A DNA stretch of 18,444 nucleotides from Candidatus Rokuibacteriota bacterium (GCA_016184305.1 JACPCX010000156.1:1-18444), one strand, 5' to 3'. Shown: positions 1 to 8,207, counted from the first letter of the stretch. Notes: generated from the sequence alone by a model not told the origin. A program made the numbers and translations.

Positions 1-4
1 AGCC

Positions 5-133
5 GACATGAACGGTGTCCGGCGTGGCCCAGGCCGGGGCGGCGCCGTCGGTGGGGCGCACCTTGACATGAGCGTCCAGACTCGGACGGGCCCCGCGTCC
101 CCAGGAGCCCCAGGAGCCGATGGCACAGCGATC
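5..133 (+). repeat. Dispersed repeat, right-hand part (copy A; may extend beyond the window start)
   Basis: Aligns with 1082-1200 (CGGCGTGGCCCAGGCCGGGGCGGCGC.GTCGGTGGGGCGCACCTTGACAT...CCAGACTCGGACG...CCGATGGCACAGCGATC). Carries a 9-bp tandem duplication CCCCAGGAG x2 at 99-116 that is absent from the other copy. Confidence 0.9.
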
Positions 134-135
134 GA

Positions 136-283
136 TCACGGGATCACCTCATCCGCCCGTAGCAGCAGGGACTGCGGGATCGTCAGCCCGAGCGCCTTCG
201 CGGCCTTGAGATTGATCACCAGCTCGAACTTCGTCGGCTGCTCGATCGGCAGGTCGGCGGGCTTGGCGCCCTTGCGGATCTTG
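136..283 (-). pseudogene. C-terminal fragment of ABC transporter substrate-binding protein (ABC_sub_bind type)
   Basis: [48 protein letters not shown] is the characteristic C-terminus of this family. Upstream coding sequence is replaced by the repeat at 293. Confidence 0.85.
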
Positions 284-292
284 CAGCGTCTC

Positions 293-338
293 GGGTCAGG
301 CTTTGACTTCTGAACGACTGCGCGGTGTTGCCGAAGCA
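293..338 (+). repeat. Dispersed repeat, left-hand part (copy B)
   Basis: GGGTCAGGCTTTGACTTCTGAACGACTGCGCGGTGTTGCCGAAGCA matches 1034-1079 at 41/46 positions. Confidence 0.9.
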
Positions 339-339
339 T

Positions 340-376
340 GGTTGGGCGGCGGGTTGGGCGGCGGGGTCAGGCTTTG
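340..376 (+). repeat. 12-bp tandem repeat (GGTTGGGCGGCG x2) followed by a third copy of the GGGGTCAGGCTTTG end motif
   Basis: Tandem units at 340-351 and 352-363. Motif at 363-376, 5 bp from the HEPN stop codon. Confidence 0.85.
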
Positions 377-381
377 GCATC

Positions 382-717
382 TCACTCTCGCAGGAGAGCG
401 GTGACTGCCCCCTCAACAGCCGCGAGCTTGTTGTTGATCACATCCCACAAGATGTCGACGTCGACCCCGAAGTATTCGTGGATCAGGATGTCCCGGAGCC
501 CGGCGATCTTTTGCCACTCGATCTCTGGACGGCGAGCCCGGAGATCTGTCGGGAGGCGCTTGACGGCTTCGCCGACGACCTCGAGGTTCCGCACCACCGC
601 GTCGACCGTCATGTCGTCCGCCGCAAACGCATCCTTGGACAGACCTCCCGTGTATCGGCGGATTCGTGCGATGGCCCCCAGGATGTCTTCGAGGTAGACC
701 CTAGAGTCCCGGGGCAT
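382..717 (-). CDS. HEPN/DUF86 family RNase toxin (HepT-like)
   Basis: 111 aa; [13 protein letters not shown] segment and the RX4HXY motif RDILIHEY; overlaps the upstream MNT gene by 17 bp. Confidence 0.92.
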   Translation of the reverse strand: MPRDSRVYLEDILGAIARIRRYTGGLSKDAFAADDMTVDAVVRNLEVVGEAVKRLPTDLRARRPEIEWQKIAGLRDILIHEYFGVDVDILWDVINNKLAAVEGAVTALLRE

Positions 718-1000
718 GGAGGGCTTCGCTGAGGATCCTCTCCCGTAGTTGCGGCTTGATGGTGTCCTTCAGGACCAGGTCCACCCGGCCATCGAACAAG
801 TGCTCGAGAAAAGCCTTGAGATTCATGTACGCATCGAACGACTTCGTGTCGAACTCGACGACGAAGTCGAGGTCGCTCTGCTCTGTCGCAGTGCCCCGAG
901 CGCCGGATCCGAACAGGCCGAGGGAGCGGACCCCGTGCCGCCGGATCGCCGGGGCGTTCTGCTCGAGCATACGGAGAATTTCGCTGGTCGTGAGGCCCAT
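701..1000 (-). CDS. Minimal nucleotidyltransferase antitoxin (MntA-like)
   Basis: GSX10DXD motif ([15 protein letters not shown]) and VDLV segment. ATG at 1000 preferred; an in-frame ATG at 1018 is the alternative. Confidence 0.92.
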   Translation of the reverse strand: MGLTTSEILRMLEQNAPAIRRHGVRSLGLFGSGARGTATEQSDLDFVVEFDTKSFDAYMNLKAFLEHLFDGRVDLVLKDTIKPQLRERILSEALHAPGL

Positions 1001-1032
1001 TGACGGTTCCCGTCTCATGGTATCCCAGTTCT

Positions 1033-1200
1033 GGGGTCGGGCTTTGACTTCTGAACGACCGCGAGGTGTCGCCGGAGCAAGGAGATGACGGCGTTCGGCG
1101 TGGCCCAGGCCGGGGCGGCGCTGTCGGTGGGGCGCACCTTGACATAAGGGGCCAGACTCGGACGTGCCTCGCTTCCCCAGGACCCGATGGCACAGCGATC
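1033..1200 (+). repeat. Full-length ~170-bp dispersed repeat (copy C), possible MITE/REP-like element
   Basis: Left part matches 293-338 and right part matches 5-133. Begins GGGGTCGGGCTTTGAC. Confidence 0.85.
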
Positions 1201-1222
1201 TGGGACGATTCCGCGTACCGCC

Positions 1223-1618
1223 TCAGGGAAGCGGCGGTGCCTCGGGACGGCGCCATCGCCGGAGAAACCGCCACACCTCCTCGGCGGCGCTGATGACGCT
1301 CGTGTCGCGACCCATGATGCGCTCGGGAAGCTGCGACGGTCCGCCCGGCCAGCCGTGGCCGGCGCCGGTGAGCTTCCAGAGCCCGACCTCGGCGCCGCCG
1401 GCGCACGGCCCCCACACGAGCAGCGTCGCGGTGTGCCCGGCATCGCGCCCGCCTGCCGGCGCCGTGCGACGCTCGGCCACGCGGGGCTCCCCGGGGCAGC
1501 CGTCGTGGGCGACCCAGCGCGCCAGCTCGGGCTCGACCGCGCGATGAGCGATGCGCGTGCTGGTGAAGGGAAACGGTGGCCCCAGACCGCCCGCGTAGAG
1601 AGCCCGCGGGTCATCCAC
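1223..1618 (-). pseudogene. C-terminal fragment of PHB-depolymerase/LpqC-like alpha/beta-hydrolase esterase
   Basis: VDDPRALYAGG...WVAHDGC...WGPC...GAGHGWPGG...ISAAEEVWRF. The Asp and His region is present, but the N-terminal half with the GxSxG nucleophile is missing. Confidence 0.7.
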
Positions 1619-1636
1619 TGGTGTACGGTAGCGACC

Positions 1637-1915
1637 GTGACCGCCAACCCCCGTCCGGATTCCCGGTTCGTCCGCGTGGACGGCTGCGACCTCTGCCGGG
1701 CGGTGCGGATCACCCCCTGGTACTGGGAGGACGAGATCTGCTGGATCGCCGAGTGCGAGATCTGCGAGGTGCCGATGGTGGTCTGGCGCTACCACGGGAC
1801 CGAGCCCCCCGCCGAGCACGTCGCGCACATGCGCGAGCGCTTGCGGGACGTCGCGGCGACGCAGCTCGGGGAGTTCTGGGTGGACGCCCACATGCGCAAC
1901 ATTCCCGACCACTAT
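1637..1915 (+). pseudogene. Small Cys/His-rich protein (HIT-like/zinc-binding), probably 3'-truncated
   Basis: GTG start 7 nt after a TACGGT -10-like hexamer. CDLC...CWIAECEIC..PMVVW...MRNIPDHY; gene-like sequence ends abruptly at the 30-bp insert at 1916. Confidence 0.6.
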
Positions 1916-1945
1916 CGTGTCGGCGATCATCATCGCCAGGATCGT
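1916..1945. repeat. Exact 30-bp copy of the vapB/vapC junction (5540-5569)
   Basis: CGTGTCGGCGATCATCATCGCCAGGATCGT is identical at 1916-1945 and 5540-5569. Confidence 0.95.
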
Positions 1946-2377
1946 GGTCGCGACCTCGCTGCGGTGGTGCGTGGCGTGGTTGACCACGTGCTGGAGGAGG
2001 TGCCAGAGCGGCTGGCTAAAGGGCGTGCCGTCTGTCGCCTTGTAGGCCAGCGTCCGCCTGAGGTCCGCGGTGCCGAGCGCCGTGACGAAGGCCCGCTGCT
2101 CGGCTTCCAGCGCGTCCCACCGCTTTCTGAGTTCGGCCAGGCTCGCGAAGTCGGCATCGCCGTAGAGCTTGGTCGGCGAGTTGCCCTTCCAGCGATCGAG
2201 CCAGATCCGGTCGGCGCCGTAGATGTGGGCGAGCATGCCCTTGAGCGTCGGGAAGCTGAACTGCTTGCCGACTTCCTTCTTCGCGATGTCCTCGCCCAGC
2301 GCAGCCACCTCGTCGAAGTGCTTGCGGTTGCCCCACCAGTGATAGCCCCAGATGCCACGGATCAGCTCGAGCTCCAT
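1946..2377 (-). pseudogene. DinB/YfiT family protein lacking its native C-terminus and stop
   Basis: Y.WWGN...TLKGMLAHIYGAD..W and HVVNHATHHRSEV metal-binding His motifs. The sequence switches to the 30-bp insert right after SEVAT. Confidence 0.8.
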
Positions 2378-2387
2378 GACGCGCCTC

Positions 2388-2603
2388 CTAGTCGAGGACG
2401 GCGACGGTGTCGCCTTCCTGGACGGTCTGCCCCTCGGCGACCTTGATCTCCTTCACCTTGCCAGCCCTCGGCGCCTCCACCGGGATCTCCATCTTCATGG
2501 ACTCCAGCACGATCACCGGGTCGCCGGCGGCCAGCGAGTCACCGACCCTGCTCGTGGTCTGGAAGACCATGCCCGTGATGTGAGCCTTCACGTCCTCAGC
2601 CAT
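2388..2603 (-). CDS. Stand-alone biotin carboxyl carrier protein
   Basis: 71 aa with the ESMKM biotinylation motif and a biotin/lipoyl domain pattern; overlaps the biotin carboxylase remnant stop. Confidence 0.9.
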   Translation of the reverse strand: MAEDVKAHITGMVFQTTSRVGDSLAAGDPVIVLESMKMEIPVEAPRAGKVKEIKVAEGQTVQEGDTVAVLD

Positions 2604-2936
2604 TGAACGCTCCTTGTTCGGCCATGCGGGTGTGGGTGCGCCCCTCGCGGAACGCCGGGCCCCGCGTCACGCGCAGGTGGAAGGGAATGGCGGTCTTCGG
2701 GCCCTCGACGACGAAGGCTCTCACCGCCGCCTCCATGCGGGCGATCGCCTCCTCGCGCATCGCGCCCACGGCCACCAGCTTGGCCAGCAGCGGGTCGTAG
2801 TGTACCGAAACCAGGCAGCCTTCGGCGACCCCCTTTTCTGCTGGATCACGCGCCACGAGGGGCCGACGAGAACGAGCCCCGCTTCCTCGCAGGCCTGGAC
2901 GAAGGGCCAGTTCTCAGAGACGAAGCCGTGGCGGGA
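2596..2936 (-). pseudogene. Biotin carboxylase remnant (5'-truncated, frameshifted, large internal deletion)
   Basis: HGFVSENWPFVQACEEAGLVLVGP (canonical GYGFLSEN) at ~2930-2858, a frameshift into WRVIQQ, then directly the C-terminal GVAEG..VSVHYDPLLAKL...REEAIARM segment. Confidence 0.85.
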
Positions 2937-3306
2937 GCCTGTCCTCGCTGAGGCTACCGGCCACGGCCGGCTTCGCCGCCGAGTTCCTGAGGTTTCTCGG
3001 CGCCTGGCAACCGCGCCATCCGTGGTGGCTGTTTCCGGGTGTTAGGAGATTCCCCGCGCGGCCCGGGCCCTCGGCCCCTTGCCCGGTGCCCCAGGGCCGC
3101 TCCTTGACTGCGCGCCCACGCCGGGGGCAGGATGCCCTGAGGCCGAAGGGCCATCGCTGCAGCCACCCCTCGCCTTCTCCCCCATGATGCTGGCGTTCCC
3201 GGGTGCCGGGTCGAGGTTCCGGGGGTCCCGGGTTCCCCCGGAGGGGCCGGAGGGAAGGTCCGGCCCGTGACTGCTTCCCAGCCCACGAGCCCACGGAGGA
3301 CGATCA

Positions 3307-4473
3307 ATGGCCCTCGACGCCACGGCGTACCGCAACTTCAAGCAGGAGATGACCGGGTTCATCTGGAAGGAGCTCGACCCGTACGAGCACGAGATCGAGC
3401 GGACCGGGGAGATCCCCCGCGACGACCTCTTCCCGAAGCTCCGGCGGATGCGGTGCTTCGGGCTCACGGTGCCGGAGGCGTACGGCGGCGTCGGGCTGTC
3501 CGTCTCGCAGTACGTCCCGATCCTCGCCGAGCTCTCGAAGATCCACGGCGGCATCCGCGTGATCGTGCACGTCCACAACATGACCGCGAAGGCGGTCGCC
3601 GCGCTCGGCAGCGAGGAGCAGAAGCGGGCGCTGCTGCCGAAGATCGCCACGGGCGAGTGGTCGGTCGCGTTCGGGCTCACGGAGCCCGACGCGGGCACCG
3701 GCCGGGACCTCAAGACGCGCGCGGTCCGCGACGGCGATCACTTCGTGGTGAACGGCAGGAAGCACCTCATCACCAACTCCGAGTTCGCCAGCCACTTCAT
3801 GGTCTTCGGCTACACGGATCCGAGCCGTGGCGCGCGCGGCATCAGCGCGCTCATGGTCGACCGCGGCACGCCGGGCTTCACCATCGCCGACATGCCGGAG
3901 ACGATGGGGTGCCGGGGCGGCCAGCACGGCTACCTGACCTTCAAGGACTGCCGGGTGCCCGTCACGAACGTCCTCGGCACGGAAGGCGAGGGCCTGCTGC
4001 AGATGACGGCGGCCCTCGAGACCAGCCGGCTCTTCATCGCGGCGACGTCGCTCGGCACGGCCGAGCGCGCGCTCGAGCTCTCGCTGGAGTTCGCGAAGAA
4101 GCGCTCGACGTTCGGCAAGCCGATCGCGGAGCGCCAGGCGGTGCAGGCGTACCTGGCCGACATGGCGACGGACATCTACGCCCTGCGCACGATGGTCACC
4201 GACGCCGCGCACAAGGCCGACCGCGGCGAGCGCATTCCCGCGGAGGCGTCCATGTGCAAGCTGTTCGGCCTCGAGGCGGTCGGCCGCGTCACCGACCGGG
4301 CGCTGCTGGTGCACGGCGGCGTCGGCTACACGCGGAAGTATCCCATCGAGCGGCTCTACCGGGACGCGCGGCTGAACTGGGTCGAGGAAGGCACGCCGAC
4401 CATCCAGCGCCTCGTCATCGCCCGCGAGTTCCTCGAGGGCTACCGGTGGACGAGCGATCGTGATCTCGGCTGA
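3307..4473 (+). CDS. Acyl-CoA dehydrogenase
   Basis: 388 aa; FGLTEPDAG, VNGRKHLITN, RSTFGKPI, HGGVGY, YRDARL..EGT motifs; GGAGGA RBS upstream. Confidence 0.95.
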   Translation: MALDATAYRNFKQEMTGFIWKELDPYEHEIERTGEIPRDDLFPKLRRMRCFGLTVPEAYGGVGLSVSQYVPILAELSKIHGGIRVIVHVHNMTAKAVAALGSEEQKRALLPKIATGEWSVAFGLTEPDAGTGRDLKTRAVRDGDHFVVNGRKHLITNSEFASHFMVFGYTDPSRGARGISALMVDRGTPGFTIADMPETMGCRGGQHGYLTFKDCRVPVTNVLGTEGEGLLQMTAALETSRLFIAATSLGTAERALELSLEFAKKRSTFGKPIAERQAVQAYLADMATDIYALRTMVTDAAHKADRGERIPAEASMCKLFGLEAVGRVTDRALLVHGGVGYTRKYPIERLYRDARLNWVEEGTPTIQRLVIAREFLEGYRWTSDRDLG

Positions 4474-5131
4474 CCCGGCCGCCGTCAGGACGAGGGTCGG
4501 CGCCGTGCTCGCCGACCGCGCCGCTCGCGATCCCGGCCACCCGTCCCTCGAGTGCGATCGCGTGGTGCCCGGTTACACCGAGGTGGACGACCGGGATGCC
4601 CCGCTCCCGCCGGGGCAGGTCGGCGAGATCGTCTACCGCAGCCACGAGCCGTACACGATGATGCTCGGCTACTACCGGAACCCCGACGCCACGCTCGAGG
4701 CCCGGCGCAACTTGGGGTTCCACGCCGGCGACCTCGGCTCCCTCGACGAGGACGGCTATCTGCACTTCGTCGACCGCAAGAAGGACTCGATGCGGCGGCG
4801 CGGCGAGAACATCTCGTCGTACGAGGTCGAGAAGGTCGTGAACGACCATCCGGCGGTGCTCGAGTCCGCTGCCGTCGGGGTGCCGGCCGAGCTCGGCGAG
4901 GACGAGGCGAAGATCGTCGTCGTGCTGCGCCCGGGAGAGGCGTTGCGACCGGAGGCGCTCGTCGCCTGGTGCGAGCGGCGCGTGCCGAACTTCATGGTCC
5001 CGCGCTCCGTCGAGTTCGTCGACGCGCTGCCGAAGACGCCGAACGAGAAGGTCCAGAAGCACCGCCTCCGCGAGACCGCTGTCGCCGGCGCGTGGGACCG
5101 CGACCGCGCGGGAGGCCGCGTGGCGCGATAG
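4460..5131 (+). pseudogene. Acyl-CoA ligase (CaiC-like AMP-binding enzyme) with a large in-frame internal deletion
   Basis: About 33 N-terminal residues joined to the C-terminal part (GEI..R, GYY, GDLG, DRKKD..RRRGENIS, LPKT...K). The TSGTTG.PKG and YGxTE motifs are absent; 223 aa versus roughly 500+ typical. Confidence 0.85.
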
Positions 5132-5265
5132 GAGCCGACCGCATGGATCTCGCGTGCAAGTCCCATTCGGGAACATGGGGGCCTTCCTCGTGGTGGAGGC
5201 CGTGGCCCAGTCGGACGGGAGCGTCCGGCCTCGATGGGGCGCGTTCCGCCCGGCTCGGCGGTGCC

Positions 5266-5557
5266 CTATATCCGGCCGAGGGCCAGGTCGGGCACCCGCT
5301 CGAAGTGGCGGCGATTGCGGGTGAGGAGAACCCCGCGCTGCGCCAGCACGATGCCCGCGATCAGGCTGTCTCCCATCCCGATCGCGAGCCCCTGCTTCTC
5401 GAGTGTCCGGCGGACCTCGGCAGCGCGGTCGGCAGCGGTCTCATCGAGCGGCAAGCAGGGCAGCGCCGCCAGGAGCTCGGCGATCAGGCCTTGCTGGCGG
5501 GGGGTGCGGGCGCCTGCGAGGAGCTCGAACCGGGACATCCGTGTCGGCGATCATCAT
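5266..5557 (-). pseudogene. vapC: VapC/PIN toxin with an internal deletion and frameshift
   Basis: MMIADTDV starts at an ATGA overlap with the antitoxin. The rest (SRFELLAG...GDSLIAG...TRNRRHF) is in another frame; the 292-nt span is not a multiple of 3. Confidence 0.85.
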
Positions 5558-5793
5558 CGCCAGGATCGTCTGATCTCGGCGGTGGACGCGCGGAGACTCT
5601 CCGCCTCCTTCGGTCGGAGCGCTCCCTTCAGCATCAGCGCCCGTTTCCGCGCCCCGCCGCGCCCCTGCTGGGCCTTGAGATACGCCTCCAGGGCTTCGGT
5701 GACGAGCTGCGAGAAGCCCTTCTGGCCTCGGCGGGCGGCCAGGGCGAGGAGGCTCGCCCGATGCTCCGGCTTGATCTCGATGGTGGTGCGCAT
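5554..5793 (-). CDS. VapB-like antitoxin (ribbon-helix-helix type)
   Basis: 79 aa MRTTIEI...LLALAARRG..GFSQLVTEALEAYL...EIRRSWR, coupled to a PIN gene. Confidence 0.8.
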   Translation of the reverse strand: MRTTIEIKPEHRASLLALAARRGQKGFSQLVTEALEAYLKAQQGRGGARKRALMLKGALRPKEAESLRASTAEIRRSWR

Positions 5794-5799
5794 GGTGCG

Positions 5800-5828
5800 A
5801 GTATGCATGCACGTGCATGTAGAAGCAA
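5800..5828 (-). promoter_or_regulatory. Probable vapBC promoter with operator palindrome
   Basis: TTGCTT-N17-CATACT on the minus strand, 6 nt before the ATG (leaderless). A perfect 14-bp palindrome CATGCACGTGCATG (5806-5819) lies in the spacer. Confidence 0.7.
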
Positions 5829-6109
5829 CGAAGTCCTCTCCGGCCCGAGGTCGGGGGGTGTGCCGCGAGCGTCCAACCCAAGCCCGGCCGACGGCCGCTC
5901 TCCGCGTCGCCGCCACGCCGCCGCTCGTCCTCTCCCCAGGGGGACTGGTCGGGGCATCGGCGGACCCGGCAGGGTGGTTGCGCGCTGCGTCAACGTGGCG
6001 GCGGCGGCATCGGGACGGCTGTGGAGGACGAGTCCCACCCGGGTGGGCCACCGGGGCGAGTGGAGGACAGCCGGGTGCACAGGAATCCAGCTCCCTGCCC
6101 CCGCTCCCC

Positions 6110-6287
6110 CACCGAACGACCTATTGAACCTAGTGCATCCGGCTAAGAATCTGGGAAGGCGGTCGGTCGGGCCCTGAAATTGCTGTAAACTCATCTCGCC
6201 CGCTCCGCCGCCCAGGCAATCGAGTCCAGCGGAGCCACGGTGCGAGGCTCAATAATTCGACCCAATGCGTCATTGCGGGAGTGCGAC
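6110..6287 (+). promoter_or_regulatory. Likely promoter/leader region of the kor-por-rnf operon
   Basis: Locally lower GC non-coding stretch with several -10-like hexamers (e.g. TAAACT 6186-6191) and a GGGAG RBS. No exact promoter assignable. Confidence 0.35.
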
Positions 6288-8207
6288 ATGACAATGGCTC
6301 CGTCCTCACCGCCGCCCCCCACCGCGGCATCGTCGCAGCAGGCGCGCCCGGAGCGGAGGAGCCTCCGCGTCCCCGAGCACACCGTCGAGGTTGTCTCCGA
6401 CTCCGGCGAGGGCGCCCAGAAGTGCGCCCAGATCTTCGGCCGGGTCTCGGCGAAGATGGGCAACGGCGTGTGGACCGTGGAGATCATCCCCGCCGAGATC
6501 CAGCCGCCGGCGCGCACGCCAGAGAGCGCCAGCGGCAACCGCATCCGGATCGGCACGAAGCCGGTAACCAACTGGGGTGACCACGCCGATGTCGTCGTGG
6601 CCTTCAACGAGCAGGTCCTCCTCCACCGCCACCGGCTGGGCGCGCTGGCGGAGGACGCCATCATCCTGATCGAGGACCAGTGGGCGACCCATGACGATCC
6701 GGACATCCGCAAGGCATGGGCCGACGCCATGGAGGAGCTCGGCGGGCGGTCCTACCGCTTCATCCACGTGCCCATGGAGGAACAGTGCCTCACGGTGACG
6801 GACACCCCGCGCCGCGGCAAGAACATGTTCGCGCTCGGTCTGCTGGCGTGGATCTACTCCCGCGACCTCGACAAGATCCGGGAGCTGATCGCCCAGGAGT
6901 TCCGCAAGAAGGCACAGGCGCTGTACGACACGAACGTGGCGTTGCTGGAGCTGGGGCACCGCTGGGGCGAGGAGCACCTCGACTTCCGGATCCAGGTGCC
7001 CGCGATCGAGGCGGACCGGCCCAGGGTGGTCATGAACGGGAACCAGGCCCTGGCCATGGGCGCCATCGCCGCGGGGATGGAGCTCTGCGCCATGTACCCC
7101 ATCACCCCCGCGACCTCCGCCTCGCATTACCTGAGCGACATCTTCGAGCGGTTCGGCGGCATCGTCCACCAGGCTGAGGACGAGATTGCGGCCGCCGGGG
7201 TCGCGGTCGGCGCGTCGTTCGCGGGCAAGGTGGCCTTCGCCATCACCTCCGGCCCCGGCCTGGCGCTCAAGACCGAGTTCATCGGCCTGGCGGTGATGAC
7301 CGAGATCCCGCTCGTCGTGGTCGACGTGCAACGTGGAGGCCCGAGCACCGGGTTGCCGACCAAGGTCGAGCAGGGCGATCTCCTGGCCGCCCTGTTCGGC
7401 CAGCCGGGCGACGCCCCGCACGTCGTCCTCGCCCCGGCCACCATGGAGGAGTGCTTCCTCTCCATGACGACAGCCCGTCGCATCGCCGAGGCCTTCCGCT
7501 GCGTCGTCATCGTGCTCTCGGACGCGAACCTCGCCACCGGCGTGCAGCCCTTCCCGCGGCCGGAGGTGAACGAGCAGTGGCTGGCCCAGTCGCCCGATCT
7601 GGGCCCGGTGCGCGAGGGCCTGCGCCCCTACGAGTGGGACCCCGAGCGCGGCCTCTCGCGCCGGGTCATCCCCGGCCAGCCCGGAGGCATGCACACGGTG
7701 ACGGGCCTGTCCCATGACGAGTGGAGCCACGTGGGCTATACCCCTGACGTCCACGAGCGCGGCTGCGTGATGCGGAGCCGCAAGCTCGCGGTTTTCCAGC
7801 AGATGCTCAAGCCGCCCCCGGTCCACGGGGACGACGCAGGCGACCTCCTGATCGTCGGCTGGGGCAGCACGCTCGGCGCGATCGAGGAGGCCGTCGACCG
7901 GGCCCGGGAGGAGGGGGTGGCGGTCTCGTCGCTCCACCTCCGGTTCCTTTCGCCGCTCGAGCCGGGGCTCAAGGAGATCTTCCGGCGCTTCAAGAAGGTG
8001 ATGACGGTCGAGATCAACTACAGCGACGAACCGGACGACCCGTACATCACGGACGAGAACCGCCGGCGCGGCCAGCTCTGCTGGCTCCTCCGCGCCCAGA
8101 CGCTCGTGGACATCGAGTGCTGGACGCGCGTCCCGGGCGAGCCGCTGCGTCCCGGGCAGATCCTCGAGGCGATCCGGGGTCACGTGCCGCAGGAGGTCAC
8201 GAGATGA
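6288..8207 (+). CDS. korA: 2-oxoacid:ferredoxin oxidoreductase alpha subunit (fused gamma-alpha)
   Basis: DSGEG, GKNMFALG, GNQALAMG, YPITPA, QAEDEIAA, TSGPG, QRGGPSTGLPTK motifs. Substrate specificity is not determinable. Confidence 0.93.
   Translation: MTMAPSSPPPPTAASSQQARPERRSLRVPEHTVEVVSDSGEGAQKCAQIFGRVSAKMGNGVWTVEIIPAEIQPPARTPESASGNRIRIGTKPVTNWGDHADVVVAFNEQVLLHRHRLGALAEDAIILIEDQWATHDDPDIRKAWADAMEELGGRSYRFIHVPMEEQCLTVTDTPRRGKNMFALGLLAWIYSRDLDKIRELIAQEFRKKAQALYDTNVALLELGHRWGEEHLDFRIQVPAIEADRPRVVMNGNQALAMGAIAAGMELCAMYPITPATSASHYLSDIFERFGGIVHQAEDEIAAAGVAVGASFAGKVAFAITSGPGLALKTEFIGLAVMTEIPLVVVDVQRGGPSTGLPTKVEQGDLLAALFGQPGDAPHVVLAPATMEECFLSMTTARRIAEAFRCVVIVLSDANLATGVQPFPRPEVNEQWLAQSPDLGPVREGLRPYEWDPERGLSRRVIPGQPGGMHTVTGLSHDEWSHVGYTPDVHERGCVMRSRKLAVFQQMLKPPPVHGDDAGDLLIVGWGSTLGAIEEAVDRAREEGVAVSSLHLRFLSPLEPGLKEIFRRFKKVMTVEINYSDEPDDPYITDENRRRGQLCWLLRAQTLVDIECWTRVPGEPLRPGQILEAIRGHVPQEVTR

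Noticed and set aside
63..136. TTGACA -35 and TGGCAC sigma-54-like motifs within the repeat (also at 1139 and 1188)
   Set aside because: There is no -10 at the proper spacing and no TTGC -12 element.
5..1200. CRISPR array or integron attC sites
   Set aside because: Spacing is irregular and gene-sized, copies differ in extent, I found no RYYYAAC...GTTRRRY box pairs, and no cas or intI gene is present.
2937..3306. Possible riboswitch or ncRNA in the GC-rich intergenic region
   Set aside because: No recognisable family motif; hairpins are expected at this GC. An Rfam scan would be needed.
5143..5260. Possible further gene remnant (GGAG RBS, MDL start, FGNMGAFLVVEAVAQ in another frame)
   Set aside because: Too short to assign.
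5830..6110. Short motifs GTCCTCTCC x2, GTGGAGGAC x2 and palindrome CCCACCCGGGTGGG
   Set aside because: Short and GC-rich, compatible with chance, with no coherent element.
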